Shown: in pieces, positions 36,539-51,359 of the stretch
Layout: the number at the start of each line of letters is the position of its first letter
How positions within the stretch are numbered: position 1 is the stretch's first letter
Assembly (NCBI GenBank): GCA_949358305.1
Contig: OX442314.1
Coordinates: 9,362,001 to 9,426,000 of the forward strand
Origin: Strigamia acuminata
Lineage: Eukaryota
Direction of reading: 5' to 3'
DNA: 64,000 nt
Program-made: the position numbers and the translations under genes
The notes under the pieces: generated by a model
What the model saw: the letters and a program-made list of their open reading frames with translations, nothing else
What the model was told of the DNA's origin: nothing
Database searches by the model: none

Positions 36539-39500
36539 CATAGTTTACCCACACATTGTTATCCAGAAAATAAAATGTCGGTTTACATCCCTTTTTTCCA
36601 CATATTTGAAAAAACGACAAAACAGACAAAAGGAAACAAATTAGACAATTATTCCTCTGACAGGTGAACTGATTGAGGAGTACACGGGCAGGTGAAGGGG
36701 ATCCAGACCATTGCCTTGCTGTCAGATACCACATCAATTTCCTCATCTAATCCATCCCATTAGGCAAATGGCGGGTAATAATAAGACGACGTCACGTCAC
36801 TTCCGGGTCAAACAATAAAGCTCTAACATCCTGGTTTATTGTCCAAATAGATTTGTTGTTTTATATATTTTTTTGTTTCAACAACAGGTGAGATTGATGA
36901 ACATTTTGCCGACACTTTCCGTGCAATCCCCAAAAACTCCGCCCTCCGGTTGGGCTTCCCCGCAATGTGTTTTTCATCCAATTAAACCCAATCAATCTCT
37001 CATTGACACGCAACTTTTCCTTTTTCATTAACCCAAACGTCCTGCACCGGTGTAAAGTTACGACCTGTACGCATGCCCATCGGCTCGTTTTATTTCTCTT
37101 TTACGTGTGGATTTATTTTTTCTGTTTTGTCTTTTAACAAAACCGGAAATTAAAGCTCGGTTCCCCCTAATGCAATTAAGGATCCCCCCTGAGTGACCAC
37201 TTTATTCACCTATGACGTGTTTTCACGTGTACGTCGTACATTTTTACGAGGCGTGTTAAAACAAGTTTCAGGTCACGGCGCTTTCACCTGTTCTCTAATA
37301 AACAAACATGGCACCCGATGCATGACCGCAAACAAAAACCCCGCGTGACCACTCGTTCATCTTGCAGGTGATGTACAAATAATGAGACGCCAACAACACG
37401 CTTTCATTAACCGGCGCTACCTGGTGGCAAAATTTCGAAAACTCGCACTTCGGCATCCCATTTAAAAGATTTACTAAATCCAACTCTCTACCTCCACGTA
37501 GTCACCCCTGAGACGCACAATTATGATTTTTAGACCAATAAAGCTAATTAGCGATAACCTACGCATGTTTCGATCGTAAAACCATCCGATTGTTGATCTA
37601 TCGGTGAGGTTAAGAGTAGACGTGGCCCGGGTCTCCAGAATCCAAGAATTCTCACGTATGAAGGAAAATAACCGGCATCTGAGGGCTCACGACATCAGAG
37701 GGTCAAAGTATAGTGGAATATGTATCTACAAAAAATATATAAAATTTAAAAAGGGCCCATCTCAAAGCCAGGGGACCCATTTCAACATTTTGCACAGAGA
37801 TAGTAAGTTAGTACTTACGCTGCAGCTTCCCTCTCAAACTTTGATTTTTTTTCTTTTTAAGTCTTTTGACCTAAATGCTCCACTCACTCAACCAATTCCA
37901 TCACTTCCCTTCAAACCAGCCACTTAAAAAAAAACACACCCTAAAAAAAAATCCACTAATTTAATCAATTAAAAACAAACTGATTGACACCCACCAGATG
38001 GCAACATCTCCCACCTGTTGACAATTTCGGTAATTGCATTTCAGTGTCTTTCCTTCGATGTCCAGTCGGAGCAATAAGTTTACGCTGCACTTGTTCCCAT
38101 CAAGACATAGCAGATGCGTCCTTTCCCTTCAATTCACCCCATCCCCTCTTAATATGGAGAAGAAGGGGGGACCGAAGCTTAATGAGAGAGCAGTTGCACG
38201 AGCAAGCAAATTGAATTAAGCTCTCGTAGAGTTTTCATGTCAAAAATAAAAATGGCCGAATTGGTCGAGTTTGAAAAATCGTTTTCAAAGACTCCCGTCC
38301 CCCCCACCTACCCCTCACTCATCCCTTTCCCCACTCGTGACCATTCGTTCGAAGCGGAATTCGATTAATGAGCACGCCTGGATGCCGCCATCGCGATTTT
38401 GAGCCTCTCTTTCATTTTCATTTCGACTTTAGAATTGAATGAAACCACCCAACCTCTTGCGCGTCCCCCGTAATGTCACAACACGTGCTGTCGAGTAATG
38501 TGGCTTATGTAAATCTAGTTTGGTAAATAGTAATTGGTGTTGAAATCGATGTTTTCACGTCGAATCGTGATTGGAAGATGATGTGTTGTCTTGGAAACGG
38601 AAATAACGGAAGATTTCACGTCATTTCCGGTATTTACACCTGACGATAATTATTTTTTATTCTTCCCGTATCGACGTTTTTTGTCGTTTAGGAAAATAAA
38701 CCCGCGGGTGAAGTTAATTATGCTATTCAACAAGAAAAATCGAATTAGGCCTATTTTCGATGAAAACGAGCGAGTGGAAGTTTAGAAGGGAAAACTTTGG
38801 TATTGTAAGACTGCATTCCAATGTATGAGTGTAGCATTTACAAATAAGGAGTATTGAACGATAGCAAAAACAAACCTGCGGGTAAAGTTAATTATGCATT
38901 TTCCGCAAAAAAAAAATCAATTAGACGCTACTTTTTCATGCAAAATGATTGAGCAAAAGTTTGAAAAGAAATCTCCAGCGGGCATTATTTTCAACCAAAA
39001 AAAATAATAACAATGTTTTAGAAAACTCACCTATAACATTTTTCTCCAAAATGGCTGACACCGACACCTAAAAGCAGAACAAAAATATGAAATTGAACTT
39101 TTATTGACTAAAGAAATTCCACTATCAAAACACAAAGTCATCAAAATGCCCAAAGTGCGCATGCGCACCGTCCGGATGCTACAATGATGAATACGCGAGT
39201 GAGTAGCCGGATTTCCGCATCGAATAACTTGACCCAATTTTAAATATGCAAATTTTCTTTCATACTTATTTACCCCGCCGTCCCTTTCTTGGTCTTTTAC
39301 ATTCACGCCCATTTGGTCTTAAACTAAAACCTCGCCAGGGGTCGACCCCCGTTACAACAAAGTCCCGACGTTTGCCACCTTTCGCTGTAGCGAGGTTTTA
39401 TATCCAATTCATCGGCGCACGCGTAATGGCTTCCGCTCTAACAAGCCGACATCGTTTCCGTTTTTGGCGCTTTGATTTAATACTCGGCCGCCATATTTTT

Positions 39501-39787
39501 TTCTCTCATTCCTTTTATTTTGGGTGTTGGTCACTGGGCGGCATCTCTCATCAGTGGCCTCTTCATTGCACCCTTTTGTGTCGGAAGTTGTCGCTCGTAA
39601 AACGCGCCCATCCTCACGGCTTCACTACGCATGCGCAACGACTGTTTGTCTAAGTCGCCATCATTCATCATTTAATCGTCTTGGGAAAAATCCTCAAAAA
39701 AATGCAACAAATCAAAACTTCCAAAAAAATTCGTTATAACGAGGTTTTCAAATAATATTATTCTTTTAAGATAGTCAAACCCCATTG

Positions 39788-40432
39788 CAGTCAAACCTCG
39801 TTATAACAAACCGCGATATAACGAATTTTTGTCATAACAAACCGCGATATAACGAATTTTTGTCATAACAAACCGCGATATAACGAATTTTCGTTATAAC
39901 ATACCACGATATAACAAATTTTCGTTTTTACAAACCGCAATAAAACAAATTTTCGTTATAACATACCACAATATAACAAATTTTCGTTTTTACAAACCGC
40001 AATAAAACAAATTTTCGTTATAACAAACCACGATATAACAAATTTTCGTTATCACAAATGCAATATAATGAATTTTCGTCATAACAAACCACAATATAAC
40101 GAATTTTCGTTATAACAAACCGCAATATAACGAATTTTCGTTATAACAAACCGCGATATAACGAATTTTCGTTATAACAAACGTAATATAAAGAATTTTC
40201 CTCATAACAAACCACGATATAACGAATTTTCGTTATAACAAACCACGATATAACAAATTTTCGTTTTCACAAACACAATATAATGAATTTTCGTCATAAC
40301 AAACCACAATATAACGAATTTTCGTTATAACAAACCGCGATACAACAACTTTTCGTTTTTACAAATCCTAAAAAATGACTTGGTTGGTTGGTTTTTGCCA
40401 TTTTCGGTCACTTCGTTATAACGGGGTTGGAC
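39788..40432. mobile_element. pogo/Tigger-type MITE expanded by an internal ~32-bp satellite
   Basis: Left end CAGTCAAACCTCGTTATAAC, tandem ATAACAAACCGCGATATAACGAATTTTCGTT units, degenerate right end CGTTATAACGGGGTTGGAC. Confidence 0.7.
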
Positions 40433-43400
40433 CATAAACCAACATTACTTTTTAACAACTTCACACCGCTCTTTGGCTTGTCAAATTTCAATCTGCTAGC
40501 TCACAGCTCAACATGCACGCGCATTACCTCTGACTCATGACACCTGTGACTCACACCGCAAACACCTGTGGAAGTGGCCGAAATCCCTACTCGGCACTGG
40601 GCGTCTTTTCCGCGCCTCCTCCATCTTGCGGTCAACAGATGGAGACACTTTGTGGTCACCTGAGTGCATCCATCAACGTCAACCACCTCTGACCACCCAA
40701 ATCGATCACGTGACCAACGACCACTCAACAATCACAAATTCTCACCTTTGTAGCGTCAATTGTTTTTTTTATTCATCAAAACTCTAATGGCTTCTAATTT
40801 TGTCTTGACGCCCCCCCACGCGTCCCCCCCGACCTGGTCACGCCTCGCGGATCGACCAACGCGTCTGCGTTGACAGTTTTGGCCGGACGAAGAAGTGATG
40901 TGCGTTTGGCACGTGAAACAAATTCAATTTGGCAACTTCGTTGTAACGAGGTTTTCATTTTAAATATTTCATACTAATGGACGCGGGGGGTTGTGAATTT
41001 CTAATGAATTCACCTAACTCCATTAGTCGAGTGTAAATTATTAGCACAGACCAATTAACCCTTGAGGTACTCACTTCATGCAACCTCGTTGCAAACTCCA
41101 TCAAATTTGCATCGCCCGCCGTCACTTCCTTCGTTCGGATTTGAATTTTAAACTTCGCAGGTGTAAATCTTCAATTAAAAGGATTAAATCGCCTAATCCG
41201 GTTAGAAATTTTTTTTTTTTATTAAATCACAAACATATTAAAAGATAACTCTATAGTCTTGACTTTTTAAATACTTTGGTGGGATTTGGATGCTAAAACA
41301 AATGTTTTTTTGCGGTTGAAATTACTATTTTTGCACTTGAAAATGCAGTTTTTTGTCTAAAATTATTTTTTTGCACTTAAAAATGCAGTTTTTTGTCTAA
41401 AATTTGTTTTTGCACATAAAAATGCATTTTTTTTGTCTAAAATTATTTTTTAGCAATATTTATCTCAAGAAATGCATAATTTGCGTTTAAAATGGCGAAT
41501 ATGTATATTTTACAAAAATGCAATTTGCGCCCAAAACTGCGGTTATTTTTGTATCAAATTGCATTTTTCACTCCAAAGTCTATGCCTCAAAACTGCAATT
41601 TTCCACTTCAAATTGATTTTTTTTTGCATTAAAACTGCATTTTTTCACTTCAAATTGCAGTTTTTTGCATCGAAGCTGTATTTTTTCACTTTAAATTGCA
41701 GGTTTTGTGCATCAAAACTGCAGTTTTCCACTTCTAAATGCAGTTTTTTGAATCAAAACTGCATTTTTCCAATGAAATCTGCATTTTTCCAATCAAAACT
41801 GCATTTTCCACTTCAAATTGCAGTTTTTTCCACTTCAAATTGCAGCTTTTTCCACGTCAAATGCCAGCTTTTTCGACTTCAAATTGCAGTTTTTTGCACT
41901 AAAGATATCGAATATTTATCTAGAAAAATTAATTTCGCATTTAAAACTCTAAGTATTTGTCTAAACAAAGCATTTTGCACACGAAATTCTATCATCAACC
42001 CTGAAAAAATACATTTCTCCACATAAAACTGCACTTTTTACCTACAAAAATGCATTTTTAGACATAAAACCGCAGTTTTTACCTACAAAAATGCATTTTT
42101 AGACATAAAACTACAACTCTAATCCCAAAAACAACCATTTTCCCACCTATACAAACCACCAGAACAACTCCATCCCAATTAATCCAACACCACCAAACTT
42201 ACTCACCACCAATCTGTAACCAACCCTATAACGTCTCGCTTTTCACACACAAACATCCTATTTCCCCCACACTAACATCAATGACAATGCAAATTTCACC
42301 AACAAATTTACAACTCCCATCATCCCAACAAAAAAAAAATCTAAAAATTAAAATTTTTTTCCCCCAAAAATGCCATAAATTTTCCAAATGCACAAAATGC
42401 AAAATTCACTTTGTCCCCATGATTAAGCGTCGTTTTAGGTGAACATCAAAGTGACACCGGTCAAGCCTTTAAGTCCCCAAATGAATGGCTTTTTCCTCTT
42501 TAATGACTCCCGCTTTTGATCTATACCGTAAAACTAACACTCCTTAATCCTTTTCTCCATTTGCATCCCATAAACCCCGATTAAAAAACAAAATGGCGAA
42601 TCAAGTGTAAATAAATCAACACCAGTGTCTTTCTCTCCGTTTTACTCACCAAGAAAAAAATAAAGATGTCGGAATTTATGGCGATTATTGTTTTATTATA
42701 ATGAGGTTGTGAATTATTCAGTGTATCATTAGCGTTCTGACACTTTACAAATGGCCGCCCATTAAATGCTTCAATAAGTTTGGCGCGTTGTTTCACTTCA
42801 ATTCATCAATTTCACAGCACAAATTTCATAAAAATCAACACAAAATGGCGTCACAACAGCCAAAAACCTCGTTATAACGAACAGCCCTCCATAAATGACA
42901 ATTAAGGAGCGCCGTGGCTGTAAAACCCTAAGAAACAGCCGTTGGAATTACGAGCCCCACCATCCAATAAATCTCCGGCTAGCCATTAACCCTTCTAACC
43001 CTTGTCTGCCTCCTGGTACTAACACTAGGGGTCCTCACTTTTGTTTGTTCAACTCTTTTCATTAATTCTTTCCATTAAAAAGCAAAAAAAAAAAATTAAT
43101 AATTAATTTTATTTTATAATTTAATTTTATTTTTTTTGAGAATTTTGTCACCAGGTGGAAATAATCAATGCACTATAAAAATAAAAAAAAAATAAAAAAT
43201 TATTAATATTTTTTTTAATAAAAATAAAAATTTTATTTCATAATTAATTTTATTTTTTTTTTTAGAATTTTGCCACCAGGTGGAAATAATCAATGCACTA
43301 TAAAAGTGTAGTTTGGAAGTATAGGCATTGTTTACAGCGTCCTAAAAAGACATTAGAGGATGTATTACATCATAAATCGCGTTCATTTCCAGGCCACATA

Positions 43401-45667
43401 CCAAAAAAGACATTGCAGTAAATACAACATTCTTGGGCGCACCAGTATATCTCGCTATCACTAACCCAATCTTTTATTAAGCTGTGTGATTGATTGATGA
43501 CGATAGAAGCCAGGGTTTTGCTTGGATTAGGGGTTAATGTATACATATAAGGTGGAAATTGAGCTGGTTTCTGGAGGGTGGAGAGTGTGGTTATGATTTG
43601 TGGGAGAAATCAGTTGTTTGTTGAGTTGGTGAAATCCATTTTCATAGTTGGTTGTATTTTGTTTATTGTAATGCACTGGATGTGATCGATTTCTGTAGTC
43701 GATTTTTTTGGAATAATCGATTATTCAATTTAAGAAAAATTTGTCTTGATTTTAAAATATCGATTTTTATTGTCTAAAAATTGAAAAAATCGATTTTTAT
43801 TGTCTAAAAAATGGAAAAATCGATTTTTATTGTCTAAAAAATGGAAAAATCGATTTTTATTGTATAAGAAATGGAAAAATCGATTTTTAATGTCTTAAAT
43901 ATACAAAAAATTCGATTTTTAATGAATAATTAATATCATAATCGATGTTTAATGTCTAAAAAATATTAAATATCGGTTTTTAATGACTAAAAAATTTAGA
44001 CTTTTTTTTGTCTGAAAAAAATTAAGACTTTTGTTGTCTAAAAAAAAATTTAGACTTTTGTTGTCTAAAAGAAAATTTAGACTTTTGTTGTCTAAAAAAA
44101 CAAAAGACGACTTTATTTCCTTCAAACAAACATCGATTAAAATTCGATTCAAAATCAACCCTCAAATATCGAACAATATAAACACTCCACACACCCAAAA
44201 ATCATTTCCCTTCTTCACATCCCCAATCATCACCTACAAAACCAAAAAAAATCGAAAAAAAATCAAAAAAAAAATCGGAAAAAAAATCGGAAAAAAAATC
44301 GAAAAAAAATCGATTCACTTCGCACACAATTCAATTCCATCCCAAGCGCCTAAACACCTTCCCCGCAAAATCCCAACACACCCACCAACGGCTCAACCCC
44401 GTCATCAAGGTCTTAGAAACCGATAAATCGGACAGTCCAAAACGTCCAAAACTATAATCGCAACTCTGACCGCTCCTCACGCATGACTAGTCCTCAAAGG
44501 GTTCACAAATCCACAGCCGAGTGGCGCGCTAATGTCTTCTTGTCTTGTCCTTGGAACCCCTAATCCTCTTTGGTGATTAATTCGACTGGACATCATCAAG
44601 CGAACTCTCTTCGTGCACCCGCCCGCGCACGCAGGTGGGCGTTCCGAAGCAATTACCGATTTTGATCCAACGCCGGTGATAAATGCGACTGCCACTAGAT
44701 GGCCCTTCACTCCATTTCCAATCTCGCTCACCAGATGGACAAAATTCTGATTCGAGTCATTAATTTGAAAAATGATGCAAACGAGGGGTCATTTTCGCGG
44801 ACCCCTCGTGCAGAAACCAACCAAATCGACTCTCCGACGCTCAGGTGTCCATTTTTTCCTTTTGTTTTGCGCGCATGTCAGATTAAACGCGACTAATGAC
44901 ACAACACTAATGGCGCGCCGCAAAAACAAAATGGCCTCGCATTAGCGGCGTGCAGCTAATTGTGAATTATTAATTTATTTATTTATTAATCACCAATCCA
45001 ACACCCCCATTCAAATGCATTTACAATACAATAACATTCATTTCACTCGACCGCTGTAATTATAGAGGACATTCGATGATGGATGTCGCCACCAGATGGA
45101 GTCAATTTGCTGTTTACACATTTTGCGTTTTTGTGTCCCACAGGACGAGTCAAATGAAGGAGATAACGAATCTGTCAGGTGAACATTTCCCCCTTTTCAC
45201 ACTTCTCACTCACACTCAACACCCCCAACCCTTTTTCTTTTATCTCATTTGCCCTCCCACATCCCTTAAAAACCAATATGGCTGCATTGAATGCATTGCA
45301 AATTAGGCAATGTGTTAATCCACCGAGACCGGAGACAGAGAAGTTGGGGAATCAAAGGGTTTACCCCCTTTTACCCACACTAGGGTATTAATTAGCTGTC
45401 ATTCATGCATTGAGGGTGTCACACACTCTCCCTGGTGGCAAAATGAGTGGTTAAGCTCATTCATCTGTAGCAGTATTGATGAGGGGGTCAAAAAGAAGAG
45501 ATGAAAAAGAGGGGGTTAAGGGTGATTCCTAGCGTTTTGCTTGGCTGGATGGATGGAGGGTTCAAATGTGGTGTGACAACTCAAACATGCTCACTTGAAA
45601 AGCTCAAGTATTTTGGATAGTATAGGAGGACATCGACTAAGTTTATATGGACGCAAAAGTATTTGAG

Positions 45668-45912
45668 CTATACTCTGTCTGACCTTAAGAATAGAGAAAA
45701 CTCCCATTGGTCGAGACTTTTTCACTGGTGCAGTGATACCTAAAAGTAGAACAATACACCAGGCTTTAATAACACATCAGGTTTTATTAAACACTTCGTT
45801 GTTGTTTTTAATGGAATTCTTAGTGTGAATAGTACGATCGCGATCACACACTCCACAGTAAGGAGTAATAAGGCCGGAGTTTTCTCTATTCTTAAGGTCA
45901 GACAGAGTATAG
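45668..45912. mobile_element. MITE with perfect 37-bp TIRs
   Basis: CTATACTCTGTCTGACCTTAAGAATAGAGAAAACTCC (45668-45704) is the exact reverse complement of 45876-45912. Confidence 0.85.
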
Positions 45913-45927
45913 TCTAAAGCTAGGCTT

Positions 45928-46095
45928 ACACGTGTGTTCACACTAGGGGCGACGCAACGCAACGCAAGGAAAAATTAGTCAAACGCAACGCAGAGTCTGT
46001 TCACACGTGTCCTACAGTGTGAACAGACTCTGCGTTGCGTTCGACTAATTTTTCCTTGCGTTGCGTTGCGTCGCCCCTAGTGTGAACACACGTGT
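45928..46095. repeat. Near-perfect palindrome (79-bp arms, 10-nt loop); probably a collapsed PIF/Harbinger-like MITE
   Basis: 45928-46006 versus 46017-46095 with one mismatch; TGTTCACAC and ACGCA repeats. Confidence 0.85.
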
Positions 46096-47714
46096 GAACA
46101 GAGCTGAAACAATTGATGTTGCGTCTGGCCAATCAGATGGTTTCAATGAAACCAGGAATTGGATCTAGTTCTAGAACTAGTTCTAGAATCCCTAAATGGC
46201 GGCCTGTTTGCATATGGTAAAGTCTCGCCAACCGGACGAGAGTTGGAGTCGATCGTGATTGGTTGGCCGCAAGACCTTTCCTTTCGTTGCGTCGCTTACT
46301 TCAACTTGGAGTTGAAGCAAGAATCGGCGTCAACGTCAAGAACTGTTACAGTCAATTTCCAGAATAAGTATATGCTTTTTCAAAAAACCAAGCAGACTAT
46401 CCTATAGCAAAGTAGGGGTGACGAATCTAATAGTATAATCAAATTTTATGCCGATTAGCCCATCTTCGCTCCTCGGCTTTCCACCGTTCCCAGCAGAGCA
46501 ACCAAACGTCTGGAGTTGAAACACTCCAACATCTACAATTGCTAAGCCTAATTGGAGTTTATCTCAGATCCTACCACGGTCTTTGTCCTCCTCCATTTTT
46601 GCCTCCAAGATTCCCTTCTCAAACCCTATTTGAAGCAAAGAGGGCGCTAAGAGTAGGGTGATGAATAACTTGTGAGTTAAAAGTTATCCCAACTTTATCC
46701 AAAGGGTGCCTCCAACTCTCACCCCTCCACTATTCTCTCGGCCCGTGTTAAATTCCCACCGGATTAATTTATAAAACAAGAAAACACAAAATGGCAGCTG
46801 TCGGCCGAGATGGATGTTGCCGCGGGTGGGCGTCACTTCATCCATCACAAACAAAAATGGCCGCCACGGGAAAAGACGAAGGCAAAAGGTTAAGCTGCAA
46901 GGCCTCAACCTCATTACAGCAACAGCGAAGCGGCCAACAGTTCCTCCTCATTCCTCTCATTTCTGCTAGATTTGTCATTGTGACATCATCGGAAAGAATT
47001 GGGGGAGGGGTAAAAGGCGGGTGGGGGTGGGGATGGGTGACTAATGATGTTTGTGGCACCCGAACACAATGTCAGTGGCGGGAAAACGTGGAGGACGTCC
47101 TCCTCCTTCCCCCTACTGTCCTTCCACGCCATCAATACGAATCAGCCAAACGCACCCCGCACCAAAAGGCACAAGGAGGGGACGGAGATAATGGAGCTGG
47201 GCATCGAATAACTCACTAAAAATATACCTACGACACTCTGGGTCTCATCAATGTCAAGTGATGGAATAACACATCGGTGGATGCGTTGGCCGGGTTTTCG
47301 TATGTGGAATTGTGTTGAAAAAAAGCCGTTGGTTTGCGAAGAGCAATTTTCTGCTTAACCTGCAATTTGTTTGGGGAATAATTGATGGATGTAGTGAATT
47401 GATGGTTTGCTATAAATGTTTTTTTCTTTCTTTGCTTCTTGCAACAATTACAGCAATGATTGTTTTTCCTTCCGGGAAATGAAGTTGCAAACACGGATGT
47501 GTAATTGATTGTGATTGTTGCAATTGTTTTTATAAGTATTGTATGATTATTGATTGCAACAACAATGATTTTATAATAAATGATTTATGCAACAATCTGT
47601 GTGCAGCGGGATTATTGAGAAATGATTAGTAATAATAAATCAGCATCGTTTGGGTAGTTGCAACAAAAAGTGTACAATAATCAATTGAAAAACAATAATT
47701 TATAAAGCAATTAA

Positions 47715-48172
47715 TACAACAATCATTTTCTACAACAGTCATTTCTGCAACAGTTATTTCTGCAACAGTTATTTCTACAACAGTTATTTCTACAACAGTT
47801 ATTTCTACAACAGTTATTTCTACAACAGTCATTTCTACAACAGTCATTTCTAGAACAGTCATTTCTAGAACAATCATTTCTACAACAGTCATTTCTAGAA
47901 CAGTCATTTCTACAACAGTCATTTCTACATCAATCATTTCTACAACAATTATTTCTAAAACAACCATTTCTACAACAATCATTTCTTCAACAATAAATTA
48001 TCCACCAATCATTTCTACAACAAAAAATTGGCCAACAATCATTTCTACAACAAAAAATTGGCTAACAATCATTTCTACAACAAACAATTGGCCAACAATC
48101 ATTTCCACAACAAAAAATTGGCCAACAATCATTCCTACAACAAAAAATTGGCCAACAATCATCTCTACAACA
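47715..48172. repeat. 15-bp then 30-bp minisatellite (ACAACAGTCATTTCT)
   Basis: Tandem copies; explains the spurious 'VVEMT' ORFs. Confidence 0.9.
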
Positions 48173-49227
48173 TTCATTAATGCATCTGCTGACCTGTCTA
48201 TCAACTTAAAATTCCAATCTTTGCATCAACTTCCTTCTCTTTTATCCAAAACAAAAAAAGCCGAATAAGAAAAGCGAAATACCACGAGCAAATACAAATA
48301 GCAGATTGAATTGAATGCACCAAAAGACATAAAAGAAATTCCTGCAAAGATTTGCAATTCAAACCATCTCTTTTTCCCACTGCGAATGTCATCGAGGATT
48401 AACCCTTTGATTATTCACATTCATCGTCAAGAAATACAAGGATGAGAAGGTCAACCATTGGCAAAACCCGAGGAACGTTTTGATGGAGTTACACGTGGGT
48501 GGGCACTTTTATCCAGCACCCCCCTTTCAAAGACTGCTCGCCTTCGCGGACCGAGCGCGCCACTTCATTATAACGAGGTGGCGCGTTAAGAAGCCTCGTA
48601 AAAACGCGCGTTTCACATTAGCACCCCCTTGCCTTTTATGCACGGACAACTGGGCAAACTAATTTCACTGCACGGTCACCAGAGGGCGCTCCAGGTGATG
48701 GACGTGACGGACCCGTTGCACAAAGAGAACAAAACGCGTCTCTAAAGGGTCCTTTTGTCACACTTTTCGAATGCCACTGGGTCCACGTACCGGGACAGGG
48801 TTTTAATGTCAATCACTTTATACAATTCTTCGACACAATATTCTTTTGTGTGCCTAAGAAATGAGTTTACTAACAAACAGTTAAATATTTGCTTATTCCT
48901 TGCCGATATACTTGTATTTCATTTGCTTTTTCAACAGAAATTTCTTGTTTTCCAATTTTACATTTTATTTGCAAATCGACCGAATGTTTGTTTATGGTTT
49001 TATAAACATTTTTGTTCAATTTGTGTTGAATATCATTTAATTAGTTATATTTATATTGTATTTATGTTGTATTTATGTTGTATTTATGTTATGTTTATGT
49101 TGTATTTATTTAGTATTTATGTAGTATTTATATTGTATTTATGTTGTATTTATGTTCAATTTGTGTAGTATTTATATTATATTCATAAGTTAGTGCATTT
49201 GTTATTTGTAGGATTTTAAAATGCCTA

Positions 49228-49450
49228 GTTTAGGCACCAAAATGTCTAAGGCACCAAAATGTCTACTTTAGGCACCAAAATGTCTACTTTAGGCACAAAA
49301 TGTCTACTTTAGGCACCAAAATGTGTACTTTAGGCACCAAAATGTCTACTTTAGGCACCAAAATGTCTACTTTAGGCACCAAAATGTCTACTTTAGGCAC
49401 CAAAATGTCTACTTTAGGCACCAAAATGTCTACTTTAGGCACCAAAATGT
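49228..49450. repeat. 21-bp minisatellite AGGCACCAAAATGTCTACTTT
   Basis: About 10 near-perfect copies. Confidence 0.95.
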
Positions 49451-50019
49451 ATAATATATAATATATAAAATTGCTATAATATTTGTGTTATATTTATGTT
49501 GTTTTTTCGTTGGATTTGTTAGGTTTGTATAGATTTTTCAGACTTATTCCACAATTTTTGTTAGAATTATATTTAATTTCTTTTGATTTTTCCAAGTTGA
49601 CTTTAAAGGGTTTATGACAAGTGCAAATCTCACGCCATTAATTTTTTCATTTTCTTTTTAATTTACCAAAGGAATGAGTGAGGTAGAGGGAAATAAATTT
49701 CAGGTTAATTTAAGTCTCCCGTAAATTAATTTAAAAAATGCGATATTTAGGTTCCTTAGTGATAAAAAAGGTATAAAAGTAGGCGATGCACCAACCTGCA
49801 CACGTACATCCACACAGTAAAAAGTTTATTAAAGCCTGAATGTGTTTGTGTAATAGTACATGTAAATGAAATGCTAATTGATTAATGTAGGTGATAAAAA
49901 GAATGTTTGTGCCTTAAAGGATTTACGACACCAAAACCTTTTTTTAAATTTATAAAGAATTTTTAAAAATACTTTGCGAATTTGCTTTGCAATTTTGAGC
50001 TTGGCGTGAAATATTTTCA

Positions 50020-50300
50020 TTCATATTTTCAGCCATTTTTATTGATATTATCAATTATATATTCAGCCATTTTTATTGATATTATCAATTATATATTCAG
50101 CCATTTTCATTGATATTTTCAGCCATTTTCATTGATATTTTCAGCCATTTTCATTGATATTTTCAGCCATTTTCATTGATATTTTCAGCCATTTTCATTG
50201 ATATTATCAATTATATATTTAGCCATTTTCATCGATATTTTCAGCCATTTTCATTGATATTTTCATCCATTTCTATTGGCATTTTCAACCATTTTCATTT
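50020..50300. repeat. ~21-bp minisatellite ATATTTTCAGCCATTTTCATTG
   Basis: Tandem copies. Confidence 0.85.
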
Positions 50301-51359
50301 AGGATAATTTGTGACAACTTCGGACACTTCCGGTTCCACATCATTCAATATCGCAAAAATCACCCAACCACCCGCTAAATGTCGACTTCCTTCTTGCCAA
50401 CACCTCATCCCACTCAACCCCAAAATTCCACTTTCCACAAAAATTCCAATTCAACAAATCCCATTTTTTTACAACCCCCCCACCCCCCCCCCCCCCAAAA
50501 AAAATAAAAAACTCAAATTCCATTCCCATTCCTTCCCCACATAACAAAAAACCCAATAAAACCCCTCACCCACCACCCCACTCGAGTTCTGCACACCTGA
50601 AACTTGTTGCAGATTAAAGCCCCACCCCACCATCAAAAATCCCTCGTCACCCCCACCCCAAGAACAAGAGCCATTGTGCGTGAAAAGTGAAGTGTCGCGT
50701 GCACTTCTGCACATCATTTGAAAGAAAAAAAAAGCGCCGCCATTCCAACTACCACTCACCTCGAGGTGATGGCTAAGAAAAATATCTTTTGTAAGTCGAC
50801 GCCAAGTCCCTCGACTCTCATCTCAACACCCCCTTTCCCTGTCGAGTGTTTGCACAATTTAACAAAAGATGGCGGCGCGGGTCTTTGATAAATTTCCCGT
50901 GGCGCCATTATGCCATGAATCCCTCTAATTGGATGTGTTCAACAGTGAGTTTGCAGAAATAAAAAAGAAAAGAATTGCTCGTCGTGGTTGGATGGAGGTA
51001 AAGGACATGTCACGTGATATTCACCCACCCCACCCCTGCTTTATGCAAATGTTATTAATTCGTCACAGTTTTTCATGAGAAAATAAATCCGGGACTCAAT
51101 TAGGGCGCATCAATCATCGATGAGGGTAAATGTGTATAAATGAGGCGCCATTTTGGATGGAAACGACATCTGATCAAACATGGCGGTAGGTGGTGCGGCT
51201 TTGACGAGCAATTCGCTCGGATGGACTGAAGTGATCGTTTTTGTTTTCCCTTTGATTTTTATTTGCAAAATGTTCAAATGAAAAACAAACTGTGCGCTGC
51301 AGTAAAGCGGCACGTCGGGCGGAGTTTTTTTCTCTGCATTGCGTGGGATTCAAAGTAAG

